The position numbers and the translations under genes are program-made. DNA of 64,000 nt from an uncultured virus (IMG/VR IMGVR_UViG_2551306709_000010) (lineage: Duplodnaviria; Heunggongvirae; Uroviricota; Caudoviricetes). Below the pieces are notes generated by a model, which made no database searches, was not told where the DNA came from, and worked only from the letters and a program-made list of their open reading frames with translations. The stretch spans positions 1-64,000 of IMG/VR virus record IMGVR_UViG_2551306709_000010; one strand, given 5' to 3'. This document shows, piece after piece, positions 1 through 9,583 of the stretch (positions within the stretch are counted from its first letter, which is position 1; each line of letters starts with the position of its first letter).

Positions 1-192
1 ATGGAAGCATGGAGGGATAAACTGGACAAACTCCTAGATGGTGAGTATAAGCTATTTGAGGAAGACTACAAGATTACTTATCCATGCGTTTTAAAGAGAG
101 GAAGAAAAAGAATAAAAGGAAGAATAGATATGGATACGATAATTAATTTAGCAGCTGGAATAAAAGTAGGTTATATGAATAGGCGGACACTA

Positions 193-702
193 ATGTTGGA
201 TAAAAAACTATATTCAAAGACAGAAGGTAGATTATATAGATATTTTAGAGATATAGAAGAAATAGACAAGCTTGAAAACAGATGCATGGAACTAGAAAAA
301 ACAAAAGAAAGTTTAAGACAAGATATAAGAAATACAAATATAAGTATAGATGCAGAGTTAGGAATGGCTATAGGATATGAAGAAAAAGTTCAAGCATCCA
401 ATACTGGAATAAGTAGAGCAGAACAAGGGATTATAAAAGAAATAGAAAGAATGCAAAGAGAATGGAAACAAACAAGAAAACAGATATTAAAAAATCATGC
501 AAGAATTAGAGAAATACAAAGACAAAATGCAGATATGAATTATTTATTTAGAAACATGGATACAGAATATAAGTTAATAGCAGAAATGAAGTACAAGGAA
601 AAGTTAAGCTTAGAAAGAATAGGAGAAAGGCTATGTATAGATAAAAGTAATGTAAAAAGGAAAAAAGATAAAATAGTGAAGGATGCATCTAAATTTATAT
701 GA
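193..702 (+). CDS. Phage late transcriptional activator (RinA/ArpU-like, C-terminal sigma-region-4-type HTH)
   Basis: AGGCGG RBS-like site before ATG193 (MLDKKLYSKTEGRLYRY). Coiled-coil middle, C-terminal HTH LSLERIGERLCIDKSNVKRKK. Followed by direct repeats and an extended -10. The frame is open back to position 1. Confidence 0.7.
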   Translation: MLDKKLYSKTEGRLYRYFRDIEEIDKLENRCMELEKTKESLRQDIRNTNISIDAELGMAIGYEEKVQASNTGISRAEQGIIKEIERMQREWKQTRKQILKNHARIREIQRQNADMNYLFRNMDTEYKLIAEMKYKEKLSLERIGERLCIDKSNVKRKKDKIVKDASKFI

Positions 703-705
703 AAG

Positions 706-762
706 TGCGCAACGAAAATGAAACAAAAACGCAACAAATTTATAATTAAGGTGTGTTATAAT
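706..762 (+). promoter_or_regulatory. Putative activator-dependent late promoter
   Basis: Repeats CGCAACGAAA / TGAAACAAAA / CGCAACAAA directly after the activator gene, then TGTTATAAT (extended -10) without a good -35. Confidence 0.5.
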
Positions 763-840
763 AGTAGTATAGAAATAGCAGGGTCTTATCGTACAAAGGG
801 CAACTGCTAAAATAAAAAATAAATATATTTGTGTATGTGC

Positions 841-874
841 TAAAAAGACACTTGATTAATTTCAAGTGTTTTTT
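841..874 (+). terminator. Intrinsic terminator
   Basis: AAAAAGACACTTGA-loop-TCAAGTGTTTTTT hairpin with T-tract. Confidence 0.7.
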
Positions 875-1047
875 ATATTAAAGTAAATAGATTAATAAAA
901 ACATGCTTTTATTTAGTTTAAATTTAAATATCTAAAAAAGATTTAATATTTTTGTAAGATATAATAGAATTTGTAGGAACTTTATCCTTGATATGGTGAA
1001 AGATGTAATTATATAATATAGGTATCAAGAATAAGGGGGACAAAACA

Positions 1048-2133
1048 ATGAAAAAGAAAATAGGTTTAATTATGAGCATGGTATTATTGTTTGTTTTTGT
1101 ATTTAGTGGTATAAATAATACTTATGTTGCTCATGCGGAGGAAAATAATAAGTTTGTTATAGGAACAAATAATTTAAATAATACTCCTAAAAATAGTGCT
1201 AAGGTTGGAGATGTGCTTAAAGATCCTGAAGTAGGTTGGAAAAGATATGATGATAAGAATAGTAACCTTACTTATTTAAACGGTTATAAAGCAGATAATT
1301 CACCTTATTGGAATGGTACTTCTACAGTAATGAAGAACGGAGGAGAGGCTAAATTCAATTTTACTGGAAATAAATTACGTATTATTTCTTATAAATCTGA
1401 CACGCAATCAATTTTAACTTTATATATAGATGGCAATTATATAGGAGATTTTAATGCTTATAAAGATGGTGATTATTCTGTAAAGGTATTAGCATTTGAT
1501 GTTTCAAATTTACAGAATGGAGAACATTATGCTATATTAAAATATAGTGGAACTAATAAAATGATATCTTTAGATGCAATTGATATAGATGAAAATAGTG
1601 AATTAAAACCGTATAAAGAAAAGCAAGCAGTGAAAGCAGAATCAATAACTTTAGATAAAACATCTATGGAGCTATTAGAAGGTAGTTCAGATAAGCTAAA
1701 TGCTAAAGTGTTACCTGAAGATGCTACCAATAAGAAAGTAGTATGGACATCAAGTGATGAAAAAATAGCTACAGTAGATAAAGACGGTAAAGTAACAGCT
1801 ATAAAAGAAGGTAAAGCAACAATAACAGCTAAAGTAGAAGGTACTGATTTAACAGCTACTTGTAAAGTTAATGTTACTAAGAAAGTAGAAGAAAATAAAA
1901 ATAATGCTATATTAAGTATATCTTTAGTAAATGGAGCTACAAAAGAATATGATGTAAGTATGCAGGAAGTAGAAAAGTTTATAAATTGGTTTGAGGAAAG
2001 ATCTAATGGTAAAGGTCCATCATTATATTCATTTAATAAAAAGATTAATCCTTATAAATCAGTTAAAGAATATATAGTACATGATAAAATAGCATCTTTT
2101 GAAGTAAGAGAGTATGAAGGAACAAATAAATAG
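1048..2133 (+). CDS. Secreted Ig-like (Big_2) domain protein, prophage moron
   Basis: Signal peptide ending AHA, a beta-rich domain, and the Big_2 motif SITLDKTS...LNAKVLPEDATNKKVVWTSSDEKIATVDKDGKVTA. Confidence 0.8.
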   Translation: MKKKIGLIMSMVLLFVFVFSGINNTYVAHAEENNKFVIGTNNLNNTPKNSAKVGDVLKDPEVGWKRYDDKNSNLTYLNGYKADNSPYWNGTSTVMKNGGEAKFNFTGNKLRIISYKSDTQSILTLYIDGNYIGDFNAYKDGDYSVKVLAFDVSNLQNGEHYAILKYSGTNKMISLDAIDIDENSELKPYKEKQAVKAESITLDKTSMELLEGSSDKLNAKVLPEDATNKKVVWTSSDEKIATVDKDGKVTAIKEGKATITAKVEGTDLTATCKVNVTKKVEENKNNAILSISLVNGATKEYDVSMQEVEKFINWFEERSNGKGPSLYSFNKKINPYKSVKEYIVHDKIASFEVREYEGTNK

Positions 2134-2142
2134 TTAAATATC

Positions 2143-2186
2143 AAAGAGCACTTAAGGAATATAAACCTTAGGTGCTTTTTACATAC
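2143..2186 (+). terminator. Intrinsic terminator
   Basis: AGAGCACTTAAGG-loop-CCTTAGGTGCTTTTT just after the stop codon. Confidence 0.7.
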
Positions 2187-2286
2187 TTTTGGTGATTGAT
2201 ATTTTAGTTTCCATATTAAAAGTATAATTACTTGAGTTAAACATATAATACCTATATTGTATATTATAGTATAGGAGGAATTCTAA

Positions 2287-3195
2287 GTGTGGAAAAAAAT
2301 AAAAAAAGCAGCTGATAAAGCAAGTGAAAAAGCAAAAGAAGCTTCTGAAGCTGCTAGAAAAAAAGCAGAAGAAGCTGCTGAAGCTGCTAAAAAAAGAGCA
2401 GAAGAAGAAGCCAAAGCTGCTGCAGAAGCAGCTGCAAAGGCAGCACGAAGAGCAGAAGAAGAAGCAAGAAAAGTAGCAGAAGAAGAATTAAAAAGACAAG
2501 CAGAGGCAGTAGCAGAAGCAGCTCGAAGAGCAGAAGAAGAAGCAAAGAAAGCAGCTAAAAGAGCAGAAGAAGAAGCAATATTAAGAGCAGAGCAAGCAGC
2601 TAAAGCGCTTCAAGAGGAAGCTAATAAATTAATTTCTGATAAGGTAAATAGTGCAATTGGTTCTTTTGTACAACAAGCAAAAGACATAGGGGATAATGCT
2701 CAAGAGTTAGCTAAACAAATAGAAGAAGTTCAGAAAGAACTTGAAAGTTTAAAAGAATTGGCTAATATAAATAAATTAAAGGAAAAAATATTGGAAAAAG
2801 CAGAGGAATTAAGTGAAGAATATCTTAAAAGTAAATTAGAACCTTTTCAAGAACAAATAAATTTAATAACAATTCCTGATGTAGAATTGAATTTAAGCGA
2901 TACAACACTAAATATTGATTTATTAATTTATTTTTTACTCCCTGAAGATGAGGAAAAAGCATCTAGAGAGAGTGCTATTGCAACCATCACAACCAACTTG
3001 AAACAAAATATAACTAAATTAAAATTGCCTAATGTTTCAGCTAATCTTAATATAAACAAAGATGGAATTCAGGATGTTATTGAAAAGAGAATTGAAGAGG
3101 AAAAAAATAAACTAATACAAGCATTTTTTGCAACATTTTTTTCAGAATATGTTACTGTGTTTAATAAACTTAAGCAATATTTGCCAGAATTATAA
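2287..3195 (+). CDS. Hypothetical protein with long A/E/K/R-rich helical repeat N-terminus
   Basis: AGGAGG RBS, GTG start, repeated (R/K)AEEEA(K/R) units over about 110 aa, then a globular C-terminal region. Confidence 0.75.
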   Translation: MWKKIKKAADKASEKAKEASEAARKKAEEAAEAAKKRAEEEAKAAAEAAAKAARRAEEEARKVAEEELKRQAEAVAEAARRAEEEAKKAAKRAEEEAILRAEQAAKALQEEANKLISDKVNSAIGSFVQQAKDIGDNAQELAKQIEEVQKELESLKELANINKLKEKILEKAEELSEEYLKSKLEPFQEQINLITIPDVELNLSDTTLNIDLLIYFLLPEDEEKASRESAIATITTNLKQNITKLKLPNVSANLNINKDGIQDVIEKRIEEEKNKLIQAFFATFFSEYVTVFNKLKQYLPEL

Positions 3196-3291
3196 AGTGT
3201 TTGAAGATAAATGCCAAGATAGTTCCTTCTAAAATATAATTTACATAAAAACTTAAAACTTAAGATAATTATATTAATAAAAAGGAGTAAT

Positions 3292-3561
3292 ATGATGAAC
3301 CAAAAAAATTACTATATCGGAATGATTAAAGATGGAGAAGCACATGTAACTAAAATACCATTAAGTTTAAAGAGTACTTCTTTCATAGCAGATCCTATAG
3401 GTGCTGCACATTTTCCACTAAAAAAATTAGATGTTAGCTCATATGAAGGAAAAGCAGTAATAATATCAGATAATGGAGGATATCATGCTCGAGTGATTGA
3501 AACTCTTGGGGAGGAAGTTACAAAAGAATTAAAAGAAATATTTTCAGAAGAGGAAGATTAG
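3292..3561 (+). CDS. Hypothetical protein
   Basis: AAGGAG RBS, 89-aa ORF. Confidence 0.65.
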   Translation: MMNQKNYYIGMIKDGEAHVTKIPLSLKSTSFIADPIGAAHFPLKKLDVSSYEGKAVIISDNGGYHARVIETLGEEVTKELKEIFSEEED

Positions 3562-3656
3562 TTATTAATTTAAGAAAAAAGAAATATAAATAATTAGCGT
3601 TACTATAAATTTATTTTGTAACATACTATAATTTGATACAATTACTAATTCAAGGT

Positions 3657-3718
3657 GTATGTACTAAAAGGCACTTGGAGCAGGTTTTTAATCTGTAATC
3701 CAGGTGCCTTTTACATAC
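3657..3718 (+). terminator. Long hairpin terminator
   Basis: GTATGT..AAAAGGCACTTGGA ... TCCAGGTGCCTTTTACATAC inverted repeat. Confidence 0.65.
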
Positions 3719-3758
3719 CTAGAATTGCCTAGGAGATTATATTCAGATTAAATAAAAT

Positions 3759-3959
3759 ATGGGAGGTGGGAGATTGAGGGTAGGGAAAATAATAGAAACA
3801 CAACAACCAGGAATATATATAAAATTAAATAAAGATAAAAAACAGAATAAGAAAAAGTCTAGGAGAGGTAAGAAAGAGAACCTCTCCTTTTCTGATGTTA
3901 TGAAATTAATGAAGCATGATAGTTATAAAAGGCATAGAGGGGCATTAAGACAGAAGTAA
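3759..3959 (+). CDS. Small basic phage protein (probable start TTG 3774)
   Basis: GGGAGGT RBS upstream of an in-frame TTG; K/R-rich product. Confidence 0.6.
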   Translation: MGGGRLRVGKIIETQQPGIYIKLNKDKKQNKKKSRRGKKENLSFSDVMKLMKHDSYKRHRGALRQK

Positions 3960-4129
3960 TTGTTTAAACACTTAGATAATAATTATTGTCTTGCAATATA
4001 TTATAAATACTTTTTACGACAGTTATATTAAAATCTATTTGGTAAAATATTGTTTAAATGGAGGAAATTATTACAATATAGCGAAGATTATATAATATAA
4101 CAATAATTTATTATATGGAGGGTATTAAT

Positions 4130-5371
4130 ATGAAAAAATATAAGTATTTAAAAAGTGTACTAATGAGTTTTTTTATTTTTACTATATTTTTTATATGTAG
4201 TGAAGTTAAAGTACAAGCAATGAATAATACTGATCCTCAACTTGGTTCTGTGTTAAAAGAGGTTCAGGTAGGTGAACAAGTAAAGGCAATAGATAGCAGA
4301 TATGGTTGGTGGTTAATTGTAGAGAATGGGAAACTAGCCTGGTGTAATGCAGGCCCAACATCATATTGGGACAAGAATACGGGGAATTTCCCAATATTAT
4401 TGAGAATTAATCAAAAGATGAATATACATGAAGCACAGGTCGTATATAACTATAAGAAAGGACAGATTATACAAGTAATTAATGGTTCAGTAACTGGATG
4501 GTGGAAGGTTAAGACACCAGATGGATATTATGGATGGGTGAATAGTGCTAACACGAGTCGTAACAGTAGTGGTAAGTTGATTGCTAGTTCTAATGTGGGT
4601 GCTTATTTTACAGCAGATATTGCCCCATTACAACAGATTAAAGTGGTACAACCTGGTGAACAAATAAAAGCTATTGATTCAAGGACAGGTTGGTGGATGA
4701 TTGCAGAAAATGACAGACTTGGATGGATAAGTGCAGGACCAACATCATATTGGGATAATAATACTAGTACATTCCCACTATTGTTAAAGGCTAATTCTAA
4801 ATTAGCAGTTAATGAAGTTGGAATAATATATAATTATTCCAAGGGTAAAAAGATTACTGTAGTAGAAGGTTCAGTAGCTGGATGGTGGAAAGTTAAAACA
4901 CCAAATGGATATTATGGATGGATAAATGCAAAACCAACACATTATGACTCTAATAAAAATTTAATAGCTAGTGAAAATTTACCTGTATATTTTTCAGGAA
5001 AAGAGCCAAGTAATTCAAATGAGCAATTATCTAAACAACAGTTAGTTTTAAGAGAGGCTTATAAACATTTAGGTAAACCTTATGTTACAGCAGGAAAAGG
5101 GCCAGATGCTTTTGATTGTTCTGGATTCACATCTTACGTATATAGACATGCCCTTGGAATAGAAATTGGTGGATGGACAGGTGCACAAATTAATTCTGGT
5201 AGAGAAGTATCTAGGGCAGATTTACAGCCAGGAGATTTAGTGTTTCCACATTCAAATCATGTAGGTATATATGTTGGAAATGGACAGATGATACACGCAC
5301 CACAATCAGGCGATGTTGTAAAAGTAGCACCTATATATAAATTCTGGAGAGCAAGAAGAATAATAAATTAA
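4130..5371 (+). CDS. Secreted NlpC/P60 cell-wall peptidase with duplicated SH3b-like repeats
   Basis: Signal peptide; two ~125-aa repeats containing GWWKVKTP.GYYGW; C-terminal GKPY..GPDAFDCSGFT..HVGIYVGNGQMIHAP catalytic motifs. Confidence 0.9.
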   Translation: MKKYKYLKSVLMSFFIFTIFFICSEVKVQAMNNTDPQLGSVLKEVQVGEQVKAIDSRYGWWLIVENGKLAWCNAGPTSYWDKNTGNFPILLRINQKMNIHEAQVVYNYKKGQIIQVINGSVTGWWKVKTPDGYYGWVNSANTSRNSSGKLIASSNVGAYFTADIAPLQQIKVVQPGEQIKAIDSRTGWWMIAENDRLGWISAGPTSYWDNNTSTFPLLLKANSKLAVNEVGIIYNYSKGKKITVVEGSVAGWWKVKTPNGYYGWINAKPTHYDSNKNLIASENLPVYFSGKEPSNSNEQLSKQQLVLREAYKHLGKPYVTAGKGPDAFDCSGFTSYVYRHALGIEIGGWTGAQINSGREVSRADLQPGDLVFPHSNHVGIYVGNGQMIHAPQSGDVVKVAPIYKFWRARRIIN

Positions 5372-5374
5372 TAA

Positions 5375-5408
5375 AAAAGGGAACTTCTTATATGGAGTTC
5401 TCTTTTTC
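5375..5408 (+). terminator. Intrinsic terminator
   Basis: AAAAGGGAACTTC-loop-GGAGTTCTCTTTT. Confidence 0.65.
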
Positions 5409-5489
5409 TATATCTAAAGGTGGAAGCATAAAGCAGAAAACATGATTTAAATAGGGTAAGATTACTTAAATATAATTATGTAAATTAAA

Positions 5490-5499
5490 NNNNNNNNNN
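5490..5499. other. Scaffold gap (10 N)
   Basis: Run of N; adjacency of the left prophage piece and the rest of the window is not demonstrated. Confidence 0.99.
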
Positions 5500-5893
5500 A
5501 TAAAAGTAAACCTAAAAAATTACTACAATATAACAGAATTTTTTAATATATTAATGAATAATATCACAATATCTATTATAAAAATATTAAATGATTTATA
5601 CAGTTGTCAAATTATTATAAAGTTATGCTTCTGGTTATTAGAATATAATTTTAGTAGGCAAAGATAATAGTAATTACTGCTTAGAAAAATTAAAAAAAGA
5701 TACAAAAAAGTATCTCTCATAGACATAATATATCCATTATAATGGAGGCTGTTGAGACTATACAGAAATGGGTGATATATGGTAATATAATGCTTATTAG
5801 AGAGTTAAATAAATAATATAAGAATAGATAAAAAGCTTTCACATAGTGATAGTTTTTACAGTATAAAAATTAAATTATAATGGGAGATAAATT

Positions 5894-7849
5894 ATGCATA
5901 AGACAATAGGAATATTAGCACACGTAGATGCAGGTAAAACTACCTTTGCAGAACAAATATTATATCATACAAAAAGTATTAAAATTAGAGGAAGAGTAGA
6001 TCATAAGAACTCTTTTTTAGATAATCATAAAATTGAAAAAGAAAGAGGAATAACAGTATTTTCAGAGCAGGGAACCTTTAATTATAAAGATTCTACATAT
6101 TATCTTATAGATACTCCAGGACATATGGATTTTTCATCAGAAATGGAAAGAGCTATTCAGGTTATGGATTATGCTGTAATTATAATAAGTGGAGTTGAAG
6201 GAATACAAGGCCATACAGAAACAGTATGGAATCTTTTAAGAAAACACAATATTCCTGTTCTTTTTTTTATAAATAAAATAGATAGAGTGGGAGCAAATGC
6301 TGAAAATGTAATTGAAGATATAAAACTTAATTTTACTAAAAAGGTTTGTTTTATTGATAAACCATTAAATAGTGATGAGCTTTCACCTGAGATTATAGAA
6401 TTTATTGCAGAGCAGGATGAATATCTTTTAGAGAAATATTTAGAAGATAATTATGAAAAAGACTTATGGTTAAAGTCTATGAAAAAACTTATTAAGAAAA
6501 GTGAGCTTTTCCCTTGTTTTATAGGTTCCGCATTGCAGGATATAGGAATAGAAGATTTTTTAGAAAACCTACATGTTTTAACCTATACAGAATACAATGA
6601 AGAAGAAAAATTTAGTGGAAGAGTATATAAAATACGACATGATGAACAAAACAATAGATTAACTTATATAAAGGCATTAAGTGGCAGCTTAAAGGTAAAA
6701 GAGGAGATAGCCTTACCTAATATTGAAAATGATTTTTGTGAGAAGGTTAATGAAATAAGAATATATAATGGAGATAAATATATAAGTGTAGATAAAGCTG
6801 AAGCAGGACAGATTTTTGCAGTAACGGGCTTAAGTTCTGCTAATGTAGGTGATGGAATTGGAACTTTAAAAGATAAAGCTACATATAATATGGTTCCAAC
6901 TTTGAAATCAAAGGTTATATTTGATGAAAGCTTAAATGTAAAGGATGTTTTAAAGTATTTTAAAATTTTAGAATCAGAAGATCCTTCTTTAAATATAATT
7001 TGGGATGAAAAATTTCAAGAAATCCAGGTTTACATTATGGGTGTTATTCAATTAGAAGTGCTAAAGAATTTGATGGAAGAAAGATTTAATATATCAATAG
7101 ATTTTGGCCCTTGTGAAATATTATATAAGGAAACTATTTTAGATACAGTAATAGGTTATGGCCATTTTGAACCTTTAAAACACTACTGTGAAGTTCATCT
7201 AAAATTAGAGCCAGGTGAGCGAAATAGTGGAATTACATTTGAAAGTACATGTCATACAGATGATTTAACTACAGGTAATCAAAATTTAGTAAAGACCCAC
7301 GTTTTTGAAAAAGATCATCATGGAATTTTGACAGGTTCTCCTATAACAGATATAAAGATAACACTTTTAACTGGAAGAGCACATAATAAACATACCAGTG
7401 GAGGAGATTTTAGAGAGGCTACTTTTAGAGCTTTAAGACAAGGATTAGAAAAAGCTAAAAATGTTTTATTAGAGCCTTATTATTCTTTTAAAATGGAAGT
7501 GCCATTAGATTATATGGGAAGAGTTTTATCAGATATCCAAAAGTTAAAGGGAGATTTTAATCCTCCAGAAACAATTCATAATAAAGCTATTATAAAAGGA
7601 AGAGGACCTGTTGCAACATTTATGAATTATAGTGTGGAGTTTATCTCTTTTACAAAAGGAAAGGGTAAATTTAATTTTGTATTTGATGGATATGATATTT
7701 GTCACAATGAAAAAGAAGTTATAGAAAAGATAGACTATGATAAAAATGCAGATATTGAGTACACTTCAACTTCAATCTTTTGCTCCAAAGGACAATCATT
7801 TTTAGTTAAATATGATGAGGCAGAAGAATATATGCATTGTTTGAAATAA
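5894..7849 (+). CDS. TetM/TetO/EF-G-like translational GTPase
   Basis: AHVDAGKTT, ERGIT, DTPGHMDF, NKID GTPase motifs; EDPSL, GVIQLE and LLEPY EF-G domain III-V motifs; 651 aa. Confidence 0.9.
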   Translation: MHKTIGILAHVDAGKTTFAEQILYHTKSIKIRGRVDHKNSFLDNHKIEKERGITVFSEQGTFNYKDSTYYLIDTPGHMDFSSEMERAIQVMDYAVIIISGVEGIQGHTETVWNLLRKHNIPVLFFINKIDRVGANAENVIEDIKLNFTKKVCFIDKPLNSDELSPEIIEFIAEQDEYLLEKYLEDNYEKDLWLKSMKKLIKKSELFPCFIGSALQDIGIEDFLENLHVLTYTEYNEEEKFSGRVYKIRHDEQNNRLTYIKALSGSLKVKEEIALPNIENDFCEKVNEIRIYNGDKYISVDKAEAGQIFAVTGLSSANVGDGIGTLKDKATYNMVPTLKSKVIFDESLNVKDVLKYFKILESEDPSLNIIWDEKFQEIQVYIMGVIQLEVLKNLMEERFNISIDFGPCEILYKETILDTVIGYGHFEPLKHYCEVHLKLEPGERNSGITFESTCHTDDLTTGNQNLVKTHVFEKDHHGILTGSPITDIKITLLTGRAHNKHTSGGDFREATFRALRQGLEKAKNVLLEPYYSFKMEVPLDYMGRVLSDIQKLKGDFNPPETIHNKAIIKGRGPVATFMNYSVEFISFTKGKGKFNFVFDGYDICHNEKEVIEKIDYDKNADIEYTSTSIFCSKGQSFLVKYDEAEEYMHCLK

Positions 7850-7901
7850 ATATAGAATAAGGGGGAAAAAGAATTGCTAAAGAAGTGATTCTTAGAAATA
7901 T

Positions 7902-9074
7902 ATGAATAATCTTTTAGAAAATTCAATTAGTGATGTATCAGTTAAACAAATAGATTCAGCTATGGTACCTAAAAGTAATAAGGTAGATTCAAGAACCTTT
8001 TCTAGGTTACTTGATGATGATAAAGTTGTTGCTAGCTACAAAATGTATTGGCTTTTTGGAATAATAGAGGAAGTAAGTTTAGGAAATACTGAAATAGAAT
8101 TTAATAGAATAGTAGCTAGAATGATAGTGGCAGCTTGGTATCCTATTATGCAATATAAATTAAGTTTTGGTGTTTTTGATAACTTACAAAAGCCCATAAA
8201 TTATGTAGCTTTAAAATATGGATTTCCTTCAAATTGTAATGAAAGTAAACTTTTAAAATTCTTATGTGAAAGTGAGGATAAGGAACTTAAAAAAATGATG
8301 AGGGATTTAACTTGTATGGTTCCCTATAGATTACTATCTCCATTTTTTAAAGATAAACTTAAAGGCCAAAATAAGAGTAGTAAAAATAAAATAATAGAAA
8401 AGCTATCAGTAGAAATTGATACATGTTTTTATAAGATTATTAAAGAAGGTAAAAATAGAATTATAATAAATGAAGATTGGGCTCAGTATCTTAATGAAAA
8501 CTATAGAGTAATAAAATCTTGGATATATTATAAACTTGTATGTTTTCTTCAAAAAAGAAATCCTAATGTTCCAGCTATAGCATTTAAGCTTGAAGCACCT
8601 AAAAATAGAGATTTAGCTTTACCTACAAAGATTTGGAAAGAAATTATTGTTTCAAAGGGGCCTAAAGACATTTACACAGGTAAAGATTTTACAAAAGAAA
8701 ACTATGAAATTTATGGAGGACTTAGTATAGATCATTTTATACCTTGGAGTTTTGTACTTCATGATGAGATGTGGAATCTTGTACCAACATTTAAAAATAT
8801 AAATAGTTCTAAAAGTGATACGCTACTTAACTATAATAGATATATTGATGATTTTTGTGATATGCAGTATATGGCAGTTACATACATTTTAGAAAAAAGA
8901 AAGCAAAAAGATTTAGAAAGCTATATAGATGCTTTGAAAATAGAGAACTTTCAAGAATATTTAAAGTATAAGCCTGAAGAAGAGTTTACTAAGAAATTAA
9001 AACAATGCATTTCACCACTTTATCAGATAGCTGAGAATCAAGGCTTTGAGGTGATGGATAGTATTTATAGTTAA
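7902..9074 (+). CDS. HNH endonuclease domain protein
   Basis: SIDHFIPWSFVLHDEMWNLVPTFKNINSSKSD HNH core with a ~250-aa N-terminal domain. Confidence 0.85.
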   Translation: MNNLLENSISDVSVKQIDSAMVPKSNKVDSRTFSRLLDDDKVVASYKMYWLFGIIEEVSLGNTEIEFNRIVARMIVAAWYPIMQYKLSFGVFDNLQKPINYVALKYGFPSNCNESKLLKFLCESEDKELKKMMRDLTCMVPYRLLSPFFKDKLKGQNKSSKNKIIEKLSVEIDTCFYKIIKEGKNRIIINEDWAQYLNENYRVIKSWIYYKLVCFLQKRNPNVPAIAFKLEAPKNRDLALPTKIWKEIIVSKGPKDIYTGKDFTKENYEIYGGLSIDHFIPWSFVLHDEMWNLVPTFKNINSSKSDTLLNYNRYIDDFCDMQYMAVTYILEKRKQKDLESYIDALKIENFQEYLKYKPEEEFTKKLKQCISPLYQIAENQGFEVMDSIYS

Positions 9075-9096
9075 GAAGTATGAAGGTGTATAAAGA

Positions 9097-9156
9097 ATAG
9101 ATATGTTCCCATGCACGAGTCACGTGGAGACGGTAGTAAAGATAGTACGCAAATAG
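9097..9156 (+). other. rlmD/rumA 3'-end-like fragment (attachment-site scar 1)
   Basis: Translates IDMFPCTSHVETVVKIVRK*, matching the conserved DMFPxTxHVE C-terminal motif of TrmA/RlmD methyltransferases; no rlmD body upstream. Confidence 0.8.
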
Positions 9157-9370
9157 GCTGATATCAAAAGCTTTGAAAGATTTTAAGTAAATATGGATGT
9201 GTGTTTTATGTTCCCTCAGACTACGGTTTGAGGGAATTTTTGGGTTAGGGGGTTGTACAAATACTCAGAATTATGGATATTTGCGTAAAGGTTTGGGTTT
9301 TGCGTAGTTGTTTAGAATAAAAAATTGGTTATCTCATTATTAATATATAAATATGTTTTGATAGATATTT

Positions 9371-9412
9371 CATGTGGAGACGGTAGTTAAGCTGCAAAGG
9401 AAACACAGTTAG
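9371..9412 (+). other. rlmD/rumA 3'-end-like fragment (attachment-site scar 2)
   Basis: Translates HVETVVKLQRKHS*; shares CAYGTGGAGACGGTAGT with scar 1. Confidence 0.75.
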
Positions 9413-9583
9413 AACCTTGAGAAATCAAGGTTCTTTTTAATGCAAAATTTTATATGTTCCCAAATACCTAGTAGGGAAACAATGAAAAAGTTAAATGTTA
9501 TAGAAAGAGTTAAGTAAAAGTCTTATAATATAATTATATTTTATTAAATGCATTTATTAGAATTGGAGTAAGAGGGGATTTAT

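Noticed and set aside
5461..5489. dif-like site (TTATGTAAA) before the gap
   Set aside because: Only one arm resembles dif, the DNA is very AT-rich and it abuts an assembly gap.
1..5489. Treating the left phage segment as part of the large prophage
   Set aside because: Separated by a scaffold gap and host-like genes, and it has its own late activator, so it belongs to a different prophage.
5894..7849. Calling the GTPase an acquired tetM/tetO resistance gene
   Set aside because: Only family-level motifs are visible; no leader peptide or Tn916 context, and it lies outside the island. Resistance cannot be inferred.
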